Positions 35,404 to 45,720 of a DNA stretch of 64,000 bases are shown here, piece by piece; position 1 is the stretch's first letter; each line of letters opens with the position of its first letter. Under the pieces are notes generated by a model that was given only the letters and a program-made list of their open reading frames with translations, had not been told where the DNA came from and ran no database searches. Both the position numbers and the translations under genes were made by a program. The stretch comes from an uncultured Rhodospirillaceae bacterium. Its GTDB lineage: Bacteria > Pseudomonadota > Alphaproteobacteria > JAEULC01. Location: assembly GCA_964393375.1 (NCBI GenBank), contig CAYMTM010000001.1, positions 258 through 64,257 on the forward strand, given 5' to 3'.

Positions 35404-36638
35404 GCCGCCGCCGGCTTCTGTTCGTCTCGCCCCAGTTCCTGTTCCCGACGGATGCCGGCGGCAAGATCCGCACCGCGAACATCCTGCGGGGAATGAAGGG
35501 CCGGGAATTCGACATCACCCTCGTTTCGCCCGCTGTCGCTGGCGCAGCCGAGGCCTGGCGGAACGAAATCGCCAAGGTCGCCGACCACTACGCCACATGG
35601 CCGGACCCGACGAAGGGGTTGAGTGGCAAACTGCGGCGCATCTTGAGTGTGCTGCACCGATTGCCGGTAACCGTCGCCGTCGACGTGTCGCGCGCAGGCT
35701 GCGCATTGGTCGGGCGCGCACTTGCGGACCGGTTCGACGTGGTCGTCTTCGACTACGTCCATTCCGCGATATTCAAGCCGGCGCGGTGCCCGACGCCTTC
35801 GGTGTGCCTGACGCACAACGTGGAGGCCGAGATACTCCTGCGGCATGCCAACGTGGAGCGCCGCGCCGCCATGCGACTTCTCTGGCGAAGTCAGCACGCA
35901 AAGATGCAGCGTTTCGAGCGCAAGGCGTTGGCCGGCTTCGACGTGGTGGTCGCAGTTTCCGAGCGGGACGCGCGGATGTTCCGCGATGAGTACGGGCTCT
36001 CGAACGTTGCCTCGATCCCGACTGGGGTAGATTTGGACTATTTCGGCTACGCCGAGCCTTCTGGAACCGTCGCGGATCGACCGCTGGTCGTATTCACAGG
36101 TTCGATGGATTCGCGCGCCAATGTAAACGGTGTCGAATGGTTCATCGATGCAATCTGGCCGCGGGTCGCCAAGGCACATCCTGGCGCGCGCTGCGTCATT
36201 GTCGGGAAGAATCCACCGGAGATGCTGGTTCTGCGGGCGCGGGCGGGGGGGCACGACATTACGTTCACCGGCTTCGTGGACGATGTCCGTCCCTACATGC
36301 GCGGGGCCGATGTTGCGGTTATCCCTCTTCTGGTGGGCGGCGGGACGCGCATCAAGGCATACGAGGCCATGGCGATGGGCGTCCCGATCGTGTCGACCGC
36401 ATTGGGGGTGGAGGGGCTGCCGGTGCAGGACGGCGAGCATCTCCTGGTCTCGGACGATGCCGTGGGGTTCGGCGACCGGGTAGTGGAACTCATAACGAAG
36501 CCTGAACGGCGCTTGGCGATCGCGGCGGCTGCCCGAAGGTTGGTCGAAGAGAATTTTGGGGCAGCGGGCGTCGCCGAGCGGTTCGAGGGCATTTGTCTGG
36601 ATGCAATAGAGAATCATGCAGCAACAGCGCACGTATAA
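35400..36638 (+). CDS. glycosyltransferase family 4 (GT-B, Glycos_transf_1)
   Basis: GTGA overlap with the algD stop. The C-terminal GT4 motifs are present (VGKNPPE...ADVAVIPLLVGGGTRIKAYEAMAMGVPIVST..EG). Confidence 0.8.
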   Translation: MSRRRLLFVSPQFLFPTDAGGKIRTANILRGMKGREFDITLVSPAVAGAAEAWRNEIAKVADHYATWPDPTKGLSGKLRRILSVLHRLPVTVAVDVSRAGCALVGRALADRFDVVVFDYVHSAIFKPARCPTPSVCLTHNVEAEILLRHANVERRAAMRLLWRSQHAKMQRFERKALAGFDVVVAVSERDARMFRDEYGLSNVASIPTGVDLDYFGYAEPSGTVADRPLVVFTGSMDSRANVNGVEWFIDAIWPRVAKAHPGARCVIVGKNPPEMLVLRARAGGHDITFTGFVDDVRPYMRGADVAVIPLLVGGGTRIKAYEAMAMGVPIVSTALGVEGLPVQDGEHLLVSDDAVGFGDRVVELITKPERRLAIAAAARRLVEENFGAAGVAERFEGICLDAIENHAATAHV

Positions 36639-36742
36639 AAGGCCGATTGCAGCGCCGCGCTGAATTTCCTTGTGCGCCATTCAAACGGATGGTGCCCAAG
36701 GACGATCACAGGGGCGGAGAGGCGTGCGCATCGAGGACGCTC

Positions 36743-36771
36743 CCGCGCCGCCGCAGGCGGCGCGGGGTTTG
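36743..36771. terminator. GC-rich hairpin between the convergent GT4 and RTX genes
   Basis: CCCGCGCCGCC-GCA-GGCGGCGCGGG is a perfect 11-bp inverted repeat, followed by GTTT. It sits 105 nt after the GT4 stop and 10 nt after the RTX stop. Confidence 0.45.
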
Positions 36772-36780
36772 GAAACCTCC

Positions 36781-39700
36781 CTACCCGAATACGAACTGTT
36801 GTGCGGCGAGTTGGGCGATGGTGGTGTTCTGGAGGAGGATGGAATTGTTGGCGTCGAAGGCGATGGTGACGCCGGCGGCGCTCTGGGACATGTGGGCCTG
36901 GAGTTGGGCGAAGGTGGAGATGCCGTAGAGGTTGGCGTCGTTGAGCAGGATGGTGTCGCCCTGGGATGGGGTGAAGTCGGCGATGGTGTCGCGGCCGCCC
37001 GAGAACTCCCAGACGAACTGGTCGGCGCCCGCCCCGCCGGTCAAGGTGTCGTTGCCCATGCCGCCGGTGAGGAAGTCGTTGCCGTTGCCGCCCTGCAGGA
37101 TGTCGTTGCCCGAGTTGCCGTAGAGGTAGTCGTTGCCGTCGTCGCCCTGGACCAGGTCGTCGCCGGCGCCGCCGAACAAGAGGTCGATGCCGCCGCCGCC
37201 GGCGATGGTGTTGTTGGCGGTGCCGCCGTAGACCAGCTCGTTCTTGGCGCTGCCGGTGTAGTTGGCGCCGGCGCCGGTCTGGACCAGGATGTCGCCGCTG
37301 TCGAGGTAGCTGCCGTCGGCGAGCTTGGGCGTGACGTTCCACAGCGGGTTGTCCTCGAACGACCCCTTGGCGAGGTTGAAGGTCTGGGCGATGACGTAGC
37401 CGTAGGCCTCGACCGCCTGGGCCGAGCCGGTGGCGCTGACCAGCGTGGCCATGGCGGCGCGGGCCTGGGCGGCGTAGCCGCCGGACCAGTCGGGATAGCC
37501 CTCCATGGTCATGGTGGCGGAGGCGGTGGCGGGGTCGTAGCCGGAGGCCTGGTAGGCCTCGGCCCAGGTGTCGAGATAGTTGCCCTGGGCGTCGCGGATG
37601 GCGAGGTTATAGGTCGGGCCGGCGGCGGGGTTGTAGCCGAGCTCGCCGCTGGTGAACCGCCCGGCGGAGAAGTTCTCCATCCAGGCCAAGAGCGTGCCGG
37701 CGTCGGCGTAGCCGCGGCTGTAGGCCTCGCCGAGCACGGTGATCAGGTAGTCCTGCTGCCAGGGGGCCATGATCGTGCCGCTGCCGTCGCCGTAGTAGGA
37801 ATCGATCCAGCCCTCGAGCTGGCCGGCGGCGTCGTTCCTGCCGCCGGTGACGTAGGTCTGGACCAGGTAGGCGAGGTTGGATTTGACCAGCCCGTCGAAG
37901 TAGGCCTTCATCGGATCGCCGTTGGGGGTGATGTAGGCGGCGTCCATCAGGTCGCGCAGGGTCCAGGCCAGCGCGCGCAGCTGCTCGGCGCCCGGCGACA
38001 TCACCCCGCCGCCCTCGGTGTAGTAGGGGTCGCGCATGGCGATCTCGGTGGCGGCCTGGGCCTGCAGCTCGTCGAGATAGTAGTGGCTGCCGGTGAAGAG
38101 ATAGGGCAGGTAGCTGAGCGCCGGCGGGTGGGCCAGGTCCGGCGTCCAGCCGGCCAGGCTGGCGCCGCTGGGATAGTCCGGGATGCTGCCGGCGCCGGTC
38201 CCGCGCGAGTCGATCCACAGGTTGGGGTGCTGGTCGACGCGTACCGGGTTAGAGGTCGCCTCGTCGGTGTAGTGCCAGGGCACCGCCCCGGCGGCGTCGG
38301 CCTGGGCCAGCATGACGTCGAGCGCGCGGGCGTCCTGGGTCAACAGATAGCGCGCATACCATTCCGGGATCGGGCCGATATCCGGCCGGCCGCCGGTCTG
38401 CGGCATGTACTGCAGCACGAAGGCCGCGCCCAGCGGGCCGGTGTCGGCCGCCGCCAGCGCGGCGTAGTCGCCCGCCACCGCGGCCGCGTCGACCCCCTGG
38501 GCGGTGTCGAGCGCCGGCACCGCGCCGGTCTTGATCAGGTAGTCGACGTCGCGCTGCACGTTGATCGAAGGCTCGCCCTTCAGCCACGCCTCGACGTGCC
38601 AGGTCGAATTGGCGTGGTGGAACATGTTGGCTTCGCTGTAGACCACCGTGGCGCCCTGCTTGACCGCCACGTCGTAGGTGAAGGAGTTGATGCCGGGCGT
38701 GAAGGTCGAATCGTTGGCCAGGATCACGTCGGTCATGACGTTGCCGTCGGCCGTCACGCGGATGTCGAAGATCGCCTTCAGGCCCGTCGTCAGCGTGGTC
38801 TGGACGCGGAACTCCGAGGCCTGGCTGCCGCTCATCCAGGTCTCGACCGTGCCGTTGGCGATCGAGCTCTGCAGCAGCTGGGCGACGTTGACCGACTTCA
38901 GGGTGGTGGTGCCGTTGGCGTTGTGCAGGTTGACGTCGAGCGTCACGTTGAGGCCCTTGGCGATCGCGTCCTGCGCGGTCAGGACGGCGCCGCCCGCGGC
39001 CGCCGCGTGCTTCAGCATCACGTCGACCTCGCCGTTGCCGGCCAGCGCCGGCGCCTGCAGGGTCAGGATCGCGTGGCGCACCGAGCCGTCGGCGTTGAGC
39101 GCCTTGACGTCGATCTGCACCGGCACCGAAACGCCGTTGATCGCCGCCACCAGCCCGGTCCCCGGCATCAGGTCGCCGGCTTTGAACACCTGCCCGAACG
39201 AGACGATCGCCGCCGCCTGGGCCGAAGCCGAGGTGTTCTGCAGGGTCATGCCCACCAGATCGCCCGCCGCGCTCGCCGCCGGCACGTCCGGCACCGCGAT
39301 CAGCCCCGTCGTGCTGCCCCCCGTGGAGCCGCCCGTGGAGCCGCCGGTGGAGCCGCCCGTGGAGCCGCCCGTGGAGCCGCCCGTGGACCCGCCGGTGGTG
39401 GTCCCGCCATTGGTCAGGTCGATCACCCGGTCGGCGAACCTGGCGTACTCCACCGAAACCAGGTGGTCGCTGCCCTCGGCCAGCCCGGCGCCGGCGGTGC
39501 CGGTGATCTGCCACGACCCGTCGGCCAGCTTCGCCACCGTGTAGTCGGCGTAGTTGCCCTGGAACACCGCCGTGTCGCTGCCCGTGCCGCCGTCCAGCCA
39601 GTCGTTGCCGCCCCCGCCTTTCAGCGTGTCGTCGCCCGCCATCCCCAGCAGCGTGTCGCCCCCCGACCCGCCGGTGATCGTGTCGTGCCAGCCCGCCCCC

Positions 39701-42700
39701 TGCAGCGCCGAAATCCCCGTCAGCTTGGTGGCGGAGAAGTCCAGCACGCTGCCTTCCCACGACCCCACCACCGTGACGTTGGCATAGCCGCCCGCCGAGA
39801 CCTCCTCGATCCCGCTCGCGGGCGCGAAGTTGCGCAACTGGATCGTCGTGCCGGCCTGCGTCGCCAGGATGATGTCGTAGCCCGCCGTCCCGGTGTCGAC
39901 GATCGTGTCGATGCCGTCGGCGGTACCCCCCACCAGGTAGGTGTCGCTGCCCTGGCCGCCGTCCATCGTGTCGTCGCCGCCGCCGCCGCGGATCACGTCG
40001 TTGCCGGCCCCGCCCCAGATCGTGTCGTGCCAGCCCCCGCCGTTGATCGCCACGATCCCCGTCAAGGTCGTGTTGCGGAAGTCCAGCACGCTGCCGCTCC
40101 ACCAGCCCTGGATCGTCACGTTGGCGTAGCCGTTGGCGGTGATCTCCTCGATCCCGCTCGCGCTCTTGAGCCCGATCGCCGTGCCGGCCTGCGTCGCCGC
40201 GATCCGGTCGAAGCCGGAGGTGCCCGTATCGGCGATCGTGTCGTAGCCGTCCCCGGTGCCCCCCACCAGGTATATGTCGCTGCCCTGGCCCCCGTTCAGC
40301 GTGTCGTCGCCGCCCGCCCCGCGGATCACGTCGTTGCCCGCGGTCCCGTTCAGCACCTCGCCCGAAGCCGTGCCCACGATCGTCGGCGTGTACGTCACCG
40401 TCCCCGCCGAAACCGGGTCCACCACCACGCTCAAGCTTGCCGTCGCCGTCGCCGTCGCGCCCCCGTTCGACTCCGTCGACGTCGCCCTGACCGTCAGCAC
40501 GAAATCCGCGTCCGAGTTCGCCGGCGGCGTGATCTTCAGCCCCGACAACTGCGAAGCCGTCAGCAGCCACGTCCCGTTGCCCTGGTTCGTCCCCGCCGAA
40601 AGCGTCGCCCCCGCCGGAACCCCGGAAATCGTCACCGACAGGCTCTCCGAACCGTCCAGGTCCGTCAGCGCCGCCGAAATGTTCAACCCAATCGCCGTGT
40701 TCACCAGGCCCTGCGCCGGCGAAACCGACAGCGTCGGCATCGACGCCGTCGTGTCGACCGCCGGCAGCGTCACCGGCAGGATCGCCGTGGTCGTCGCCGT
40801 AGATCCGCCGGTCGCCTCCGTCGACTTCGCCGTCACCGTCAGGCTGAAGCTGCTGGAGTTCGCCGGGGGCGTGATGGTCAGGCCGGAAAGCTGGGCCGGC
40901 GTCAGCAGCCACGTGCCGCCGCCCTGGTTGGTCCCCGCCGACAGCGTCGCCCCGGTCGGCACTCCGGCGATCGTGATGGACAGTGACTCCGACCCGTCCG
41001 TGTCGGTCAATGCCGCCGCTATGTTGAGCGGCACCGCCCCGGAGCCCGATCCCGACGCCGGCGACAGGGTCAGGCTCGGCGCGTCGGCCACCGCCGCGAC
41101 CGTCACCGGCAGGCTTGCCGTCGTCGTCGCCTTGGCCCCGCCGTTCGATTCGGTGGACGTGGCCGTCACCGTCAGCGCGAAGTCTGCGTCCGAATTGGCC
41201 TTCGGCGTGATCGTCAGGCCGGAAAGCTGCGCCGGGGTCAGCAGCCACGTGCCGCTGCCCAGGTTGGTGCCGGCCGACAACGTGGCGCCGGCCGGAACGC
41301 CGCTGATCGCGATCGACAGCGTCTCCGACCCGTCGAGATCCGTCAGCGCCGCCGCGATGTTCAGCGCGATCGGCTTGTCCTCCTGGCCAGAGGCGGCCGA
41401 AACGCTGAGCGTCGGCTTCGACGCGGTGATGTCGCCCGACAATCCGCCCGAGGCGAGCTGGCTGACCGCGATCGTGGTGTCGGCGAAGCTGATGAAACTG
41501 ATACCCTGCAGCAGGTCGGTACCGTCGCCGCCCACGTTGTCGCGCACCGTCACGTTGCCGTTGGCCGCAAGGGTCACGGAATAGTTCGCCGCGGCGCCCC
41601 TGAAGACGGCCGTATCGACGCCGCCGCCGCCGATCATCGTGTCGTTGCCGCCGCCGCCGGAAAGGGTATCGTTGCCGGCATTGCCCCTCAGCGTGTTGGC
41701 CAGCGCGTTGCCGGTCAGCGATGCGCCCGTGGTAAGACCGATATTGCCCCACTCGACGTTCGCCGCCAGCGTATAGGCCTGGATGAACGTGCCGACGCCG
41801 TCGTTTCCGCCGCCGGCCGCCTCGATCACCACATCGTTGGCGCTGTAGATGCCGTAGATGTCGTCCCCGGCGCCGCCGATCAGCGTGTCGCCGCCGCCCA
41901 TGCCGAGCAGCACGTTGTTGCCCGCGTTGCCGACCAGCGTCTCGCCGCCACCAGCCGTGCCCCATCCGGTCAGATTGCCGGTGCCCCCGAGTTCGAGGAT
42001 CTCCACGTTCGCCGCGATGGTCGTGTTATCGACGAACGTAATCATGCGGTCGGCCGTGCCCTGGCCCGCCGCCTCGATCACCACGTCGCCGGATTGGTCG
42101 ATATAGTAGGTGTCGTTGCCGGCACCTCCCGACATCGCGTCGGCGCCGGCGCCGCCGTTCAGGACGTTGTCGCCGCTGTTCCCGTAGAGCGTATCGTTGC
42201 CGGCGCTGCCGGCGCCCGCCAGGTTGCCGCTGCCGGTCAGCCGCAGCACCTCGACATTGGCGGAAAGCGTGTAGCTGACGCTGGAATAGATCGTGTCGAT
42301 GCCTTCGCCGGCGTTCTCGGCCACCACGTCGCCGGACGAATCGACGAAATAAGTATCGTCCCCGGCCCCGCCGATCATCGTGTCGTTGCCGGCGCCGCCC
42401 GTCAGCGTATCGTTGCCGGCATTGCCCCTCAGCGTGTTGGCCAGCGCGTTGCCGGTCAGCGATGCGCCCGTGGTAAGACCGATATTGCCCCACTCGACGT
42501 TCGCCGCCAGCGTATAGGCCTGGATGAACGTGCCGACGCCGTCGTTTCCGCCGCCGGCCGCCTCGATCACCACATCGTTGGCGCTGTAGATGCCGTAGAT
42601 GTCGTCCCCGGCGCCGCCGATCAGCGTGTCGCCGCCGCCCATGCCGAGCAGCACGTTGTTGCCCGCGTTGCCGATCAGCGTCTCGCCGCCGCCGGCCGTG

Positions 42701-44418
42701 CCCCAGGCAAGATTGTTGCCGGTGCCGCCGAGCTCGAGGGCTTCCACGTTCGCAGTTAGGTAGTTGTTGAACGCGAAGCCGATGATCTTGTCGGCCGTTC
42801 CCCCGCCGGCCTGCTCGATCACCACGTCGCCGGAATCGTCCACATAGTACGTGTCGTTCCCGGCGCCGCCGATCATCGTGTCGGCGCCCTCGCCGCCGTC
42901 CAAGATATTGTCGCCGCTATTGCCCACGAGGACATTGACGCCGGCATTGCCGGTGCCGGTCAGGTTGCCGCTGCCCGTCAGCTCGAGCCGCTCGATGTCG
43001 GGCGACAGCGTATAGCTGACGCTCGCGCGAACCGTGTCGTAGCCCGCGCCCGGCTGCTCGGCCACGATGTCGCCGGCCGAATCCACGACATACACGTCGT
43101 CGCCGGCACCGCCGGCCATCGAATCGCTGCCGGCGCCGCCGTCCAGCGTGTCGTTGCCGGCATTGCCATAGAGCGTGTTGTTAAGCGAATTGCCGGTCAG
43201 CGTGGCTCCGGCGGTAAGGCCGATAGAACCGAGCTCGACATTGGCCGCTAGAGTGTAAGACTGCAGATAGGTCGCAACCCAATCTGTACCGCCCCCCGCC
43301 GCCTCGGTGACGACATCGCTGGCGTCATCGACCAGGTAAATGTCGTTGCCGGCGCCGCCGATCATTACGTCCGCGCCGCCCATGCCGAGCAGCACGTTGT
43401 TACCCGCGTTGCCGATCAGCGTATCGTTGCCGGCACCGCCCCAGGCGGTCAGGTTGCCGCTCCCGCCGAGTTCGAGAATCTCGACGTTCGCCGCGATCGT
43501 CGTATTGTCGAGCGTGGTTACGATCCGGTCGGCCGTCCCCTGGCCCGACGCCTCGACGACAACGTCGCCCGCGTTGTCGACGTAATAGGTGTCGTTACCG
43601 AGACCGCCGACCATCAGGTCCGCCCCGGCGCGGCCGTCAAGGATATTGTTGCCGCTGTTGCCGTAAAGCGTGTCGTTGCCCGCGGTCCCGGTCGCCATCA
43701 GATCACCGGTCCCCGTGAGTTGCAGCACTTCCACATTGGCAGCCAGCGAGTAGTCGACGCTGGCCAGTACCCGATCAAGCCCATCACCCGGATTCTCTAC
43801 CACCACATCGCCGGTTGAGTCGACGACATAGGTATCATCGCCGGCCCCGCCTGCGGTTGTGTCATTTCCGAGGCCGCCGTCCAGCGTGTCGTTGCCGGCA
43901 TTGCCGTAAAGCGTGTTGGCGAGCCCATTGCCATCGAGGCGAGCGCCGGTGGCAAGCCCGATGGAGCCCAGCTCGACATTGGCCGCCAATGCATAACTCT
44001 GCAGATAGGATGCCACCCAGTCGGTGCCGCCCCCCGCCGCCTCGGTGATGAGATCGCCCGAGTTATCCACAACATAAATGTCGTTGCCGGCTCCGCCGAT
44101 CATGACGTCTGCGCCGGCTCCGCCGATCAATACATTGTTGCCGGCATTGCCAATAAGCGTGTCGGTGCCGGCGCTACCCCAGGCAGTGCCGTTGCCGGAG
44201 CCGCCAAGCTCGAGGATCTCGACGTTCGCCGCGATCGTTGTGTTGGCAACGGTCGACACCATGCGGTCCGCCGTACCCTGGCCCGCCAACTCGACCACCA
44301 CGTCGCCCGCGTCGTCGACGATGTAGGTATCGTTCCCGGCGCCGCCGGCCAGATAGTCCGGGCCCGCCCCGCCATCCAGGGTATCGGTGCCCGTCGTGCC
44401 GAATAAGGTGGTGTTCAA
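36781..44418 (-). CDS. 2545-aa secreted RTX (hemolysin-type calcium-binding repeat) protein with Ig-like repeats and a large central putative polysaccharide-lyase/glycanase-like domain; probable type I secretion substrate
   Basis: TTG start with SD GAGGAT 6 nt upstream.
- aa 1-~1000: dense GGxGxDxUx nonapeptide blocks organised as four or more tandem ~247-aa modules.
- aa ~1000-1400: three ~105-aa repeats (..[48 protein letters not shown]..).
- Then two ~110-aa RTX-containing modules.
- (GGST)7 linker.
- ~680-aa Trp/Tyr-rich non-repeat domain.
- C-terminal RTX block, ending ..QQFVFG. Confidence 0.85.
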   Translation of the reverse strand: MNTTLFGTTGTDTLDGGAGPDYLAGGAGNDTYIVDDAGDVVVELAGQGTADRMVSTVANTTIAANVEILELGGSGNGTAWGSAGTDTLIGNAGNNVLIGGAGADVMIGGAGNDIYVVDNSGDLITEAAGGGTDWVASYLQSYALAANVELGSIGLATGARLDGNGLANTLYGNAGNDTLDGGLGNDTTAGGAGDDTYVVDSTGDVVVENPGDGLDRVLASVDYSLAANVEVLQLTGTGDLMATGTAGNDTLYGNSGNNILDGRAGADLMVGGLGNDTYYVDNAGDVVVEASGQGTADRIVTTLDNTTIAANVEILELGGSGNLTAWGGAGNDTLIGNAGNNVLLGMGGADVMIGGAGNDIYLVDDASDVVTEAAGGGTDWVATYLQSYTLAANVELGSIGLTAGATLTGNSLNNTLYGNAGNDTLDGGAGSDSMAGGAGDDVYVVDSAGDIVAEQPGAGYDTVRASVSYTLSPDIERLELTGSGNLTGTGNAGVNVLVGNSGDNILDGGEGADTMIGGAGNDTYYVDDSGDVVIEQAGGGTADKIIGFAFNNYLTANVEALELGGTGNNLAWGTAGGGETLIGNAGNNVLLGMGGGDTLIGGAGDDIYGIYSANDVVIEAAGGGNDGVGTFIQAYTLAANVEWGNIGLTTGASLTGNALANTLRGNAGNDTLTGGAGNDTMIGGAGDDTYFVDSSGDVVAENAGEGIDTIYSSVSYTLSANVEVLRLTGSGNLAGAGSAGNDTLYGNSGDNVLNGGAGADAMSGGAGNDTYYIDQSGDVVIEAAGQGTADRMITFVDNTTIAANVEILELGGTGNLTGWGTAGGGETLVGNAGNNVLLGMGGGDTLIGGAGDDIYGIYSANDVVIEAAGGGNDGVGTFIQAYTLAANVEWGNIGLTTGASLTGNALANTLRGNAGNDTLSGGGGNDTMIGGGGVDTAVFRGAAANYSVTLAANGNVTVRDNVGGDGTDLLQGISFISFADTTIAVSQLASGGLSGDITASKPTLSVSAASGQEDKPIALNIAAALTDLDGSETLSIAISGVPAGATLSAGTNLGSGTWLLTPAQLSGLTITPKANSDADFALTVTATSTESNGGAKATTTASLPVTVAAVADAPSLTLSPASGSGSGAVPLNIAAALTDTDGSESLSITIAGVPTGATLSAGTNQGGGTWLLTPAQLSGLTITPPANSSSFSLTVTAKSTEATGGSTATTTAILPVTLPAVDTTASMPTLSVSPAQGLVNTAIGLNISAALTDLDGSESLSVTISGVPAGATLSAGTNQGNGTWLLTASQLSGLKITPPANSDADFVLTVRATSTESNGGATATATASLSVVVDPVSAGTVTYTPTIVGTASGEVLNGTAGNDVIRGAGGDDTLNGGQGSDIYLVGGTGDGYDTIADTGTSGFDRIAATQAGTAIGLKSASGIEEITANGYANVTIQGWWSGSVLDFRNTTLTGIVAINGGGWHDTIWGGAGNDVIRGGGGDDTMDGGQGSDTYLVGGTADGIDTIVDTGTAGYDIILATQAGTTIQLRNFAPASGIEEVSAGGYANVTVVGSWEGSVLDFSATKLTGISALQGAGWHDTITGGSGGDTLLGMAGDDTLKGGGGNDWLDGGTGSDTAVFQGNYADYTVAKLADGSWQITGTAGAGLAEGSDHLVSVEYARFADRVIDLTNGGTTTGGSTGGSTGGSTGGSTGGSTGGSTGGSTTGLIAVPDVPAASAAGDLVGMTLQNTSASAQAAAIVSFGQVFKAGDLMPGTGLVAAINGVSVPVQIDVKALNADGSVRHAILTLQAPALAGNGEVDVMLKHAAAAGGAVLTAQDAIAKGLNVTLDVNLHNANGTTTLKSVNVAQLLQSSIANGTVETWMSGSQASEFRVQTTLTTGLKAIFDIRVTADGNVMTDVILANDSTFTPGINSFTYDVAVKQGATVVYSEANMFHHANSTWHVEAWLKGEPSINVQRDVDYLIKTGAVPALDTAQGVDAAAVAGDYAALAAADTGPLGAAFVLQYMPQTGGRPDIGPIPEWYARYLLTQDARALDVMLAQADAAGAVPWHYTDEATSNPVRVDQHPNLWIDSRGTGAGSIPDYPSGASLAGWTPDLAHPPALSYLPYLFTGSHYYLDELQAQAATEIAMRDPYYTEGGGVMSPGAEQLRALAWTLRDLMDAAYITPNGDPMKAYFDGLVKSNLAYLVQTYVTGGRNDAAGQLEGWIDSYYGDGSGTIMAPWQQDYLITVLGEAYSRGYADAGTLLAWMENFSAGRFTSGELGYNPAAGPTYNLAIRDAQGNYLDTWAEAYQASGYDPATASATMTMEGYPDWSGGYAAQARAAMATLVSATGSAQAVEAYGYVIAQTFNLAKGSFEDNPLWNVTPKLADGSYLDSGDILVQTGAGANYTGSAKNELVYGGTANNTIAGGGGIDLLFGGAGDDLVQGDDGNDYLYGNSGNDILQGGNGNDFLTGGMGNDTLTGGAGADQFVWEFSGGRDTIADFTPSQGDTILLNDANLYGISTFAQLQAHMSQSAAGVTIAFDANNSILLQNTTIAQLAAQQFVFG
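39325..39410. repeat. tandem 12-nt repeat (ggagccgcccgt)x7 encoding a (GGST)n linker inside the RTX gene
   Basis: The repeat is seen directly in sequence 39325-39410. It translates on the minus strand as [12 protein letters not shown]... Confidence 0.8.
41640..41970. repeat. internal direct repeat copy A (~270-bp perfect core) of a ~741-bp module in the RTX gene
   Basis: Sequence 41667-41937 is identical to 42408-42678 (tatcgttgccggcattgcccctcagcgtgttggccagcgcgttgccggtcagcgatgcgcccgtggtaagaccg...). Diverged copies of the same module occur near 43140 and 43880. Confidence 0.85.
42380..42710. repeat. internal direct repeat copy B of the same RTX module
   Basis: Offset of 741 bp (247 codons) from copy A. 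It is perfect over ~270 bp. Confidence 0.85.
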
Positions 44419-44689
44419 AGCAGCATCCTCGCGAAGGCTTTGGCTTCCTAGGCGCCGTCTACCTTTGCGGGCATGCCCTTGGGCCGCATGCCGCGCCCAC
44501 TTCGCGGGGCGCTGGGACCGCTTCAGACGACGCGCCGACCCGTCCGTGCTGTGGTTTTGCCCAGGTCGGACCGACGCTTAATGGTGTGGATAACTCTCTT
44601 AAGGAAAACCTAAGTGTAATGATGAAGCGTTTACTAATGCTTCCAATTTTCGCTGATCTTGAAGCAAGTTAAACGGCAGAAAACACAAC

Positions 44690-44731
44690 GGCCCGGCAGG
44701 TTTAGCCGCCGGGCCGTTAGTCTTTACTTTT
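44690..44731 (+). terminator. intrinsic terminator-like hairpin after the mini-ORF / downstream of the convergent phasin gene
   Basis: Stem GGCCCGGC (44690-44697) pairs with GCCGGGCC (44708-44715) around a 10-nt loop, followed by GTTAGTCTTTACTTTT. A second hairpin CCCCCCTGGCGCGGGGG lies at 44733-44750 and could serve the minus-strand phasin. Confidence 0.5.
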
Positions 44732-44762
44732 AACCCCCCTGGCGCGGGGGCCTGTGACCTTT

Positions 44763-45296
44763 TTAGGCCGCGATCGGCTTGGTCAGCTTTTCGACGGCGA
44801 GGTTGACGCGCGCTTGGATCGGCGCGATCGCGTCGTTGGTCACCTTGAACGACATTTCCGACAGCTTGGTGCCCTCGGCAACCAGCGAGTCGAAATTCGA
44901 GCGCGCGAAGTCGGCCTGCAGGTCGATCACGTCGCGCAGGGTCTTGCAACCCATCAGCGCCTTGGCAGTCGACACCGAGCTCTGCATCGAGCTCTGGGTC
45001 AGCGCCATCACCTGCTTGCTGATCTGCTCGGCGCCCTTGGCGAAGATGGTGCTCGCCTGCACGAAGGCCTCGACGTTCTCCTTGCCGAAGCCCTGGATGT
45101 CCTCACAGCCCTTGATGAAGGCCGAATTGGCCTTCGCCACCTGCTCCTGGGTCATCTGCACGGCCTGCTCATAGCCCTTGGCGGCAGCCTCGTTGCCGGC
45201 CTTCACGAAGGCGTCGAAGGTTTGCTTGCCTGCCTGGACCGCCTCCTCGAACGGCTTCGCGGCAGCCTTGCTGGTGTAGGTCTTCTTCATAGCCAT
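44763..45296 (-). CDS. phaP: phasin (PHA granule-associated protein) family
   Basis: Start at ATG 45296 with SD GAGAGG (MAMKKTYTSKAAAKPFEEAVQAGKQTFDAFVKAGNEAAAKG...). 177 aa, Ala/Lys/Gln-rich amphipathic helices typical of alphaproteobacterial phasins. The 5' extension in the track is rejected. Confidence 0.8.
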   Translation of the reverse strand: MAMKKTYTSKAAAKPFEEAVQAGKQTFDAFVKAGNEAAAKGYEQAVQMTQEQVAKANSAFIKGCEDIQGFGKENVEAFVQASTIFAKGAEQISKQVMALTQSSMQSSVSTAKALMGCKTLRDVIDLQADFARSNFDSLVAEGTKLSEMSFKVTNDAIAPIQARVNLAVEKLTKPIAA

Positions 45297-45433
45297 GATA
45301 CCTCTCATTTCGGGGAGCATTTCGCTTTGCTGCAATGCAGCATGAGGGCAATTTGGCATATGTCCGCCGTTTGTCAAGGGTTTTTGTGCGCCGCAACATG
45401 GGTTGCTTCGGCAGCGCAGCGACACCTGATCGT

Positions 45434-45454
45434 CAATGTTATGTTATTACATTG
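45434..45454. promoter_or_regulatory. candidate Zur box (imperfect palindrome CAATGTTATGTTATTACATTG) upstream of the znu genes
   Basis: The left half CAATGTTATG matches the reverse complement of the right half at 8 of 10 positions. It has the ATGTTAT core of Zur operators. It lies in the phaP / znuC intergenic region. Confidence 0.5.
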
Positions 45455-45525
45455 ACCTTCCGGTGCCATTGCGTTCATCTAATACGCCAACCGGATCGCT
45501 ATAGCCCGCATCGCCATCACACGCG

Positions 45526-45720
45526 GTGAGCCGAATGGACCAGCCAGACAACCATGCGCCGGCGCGAGCGCCAGCAGGGGAGCCGCACGCGCCTGGCCAT
45601 GCCGGGCGGCGCTGGTCGGCGCTGGCGAGCGATGCCCGCGGGCGCCTGCTGCGGGTCGGTGCGCTCGTCGCGGTGCTGTGGCTGGCGGTCGGATGGGCGC
45701 TTGGCGTGGGGGCGCCGTGA
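45526..45720 (+). CDS. possible small membrane protein upstream of znuC (speculative)
   Basis: 64-aa ORF with a C-terminal hydrophobic helix LLRVGALVAVLWLAVGWALGV. Its TGA overlaps the znuC ATG. It lies between the Zur box and znuC. The only support is position and GC-frame. Confidence 0.25.
   Translation: MSRMDQPDNHAPARAPAGEPHAPGHAGRRWSALASDARGRLLRVGALVAVLWLAVGWALGVGAP

Noticed and set aside
36670-40986. 1438-aa plus-strand ORF, with companions 38678..39544, 40256..41584 and 42094..42759, antisense to the RTX gene
   Set aside because: They translate the reverse strand of GC-rich Gly/Asp codon repeats, which lacks stops. Products are low-complexity VAG/Arg-rich with no motifs. The minus-strand reading gives textbook RTX nonapeptides and an SD-preceded start.
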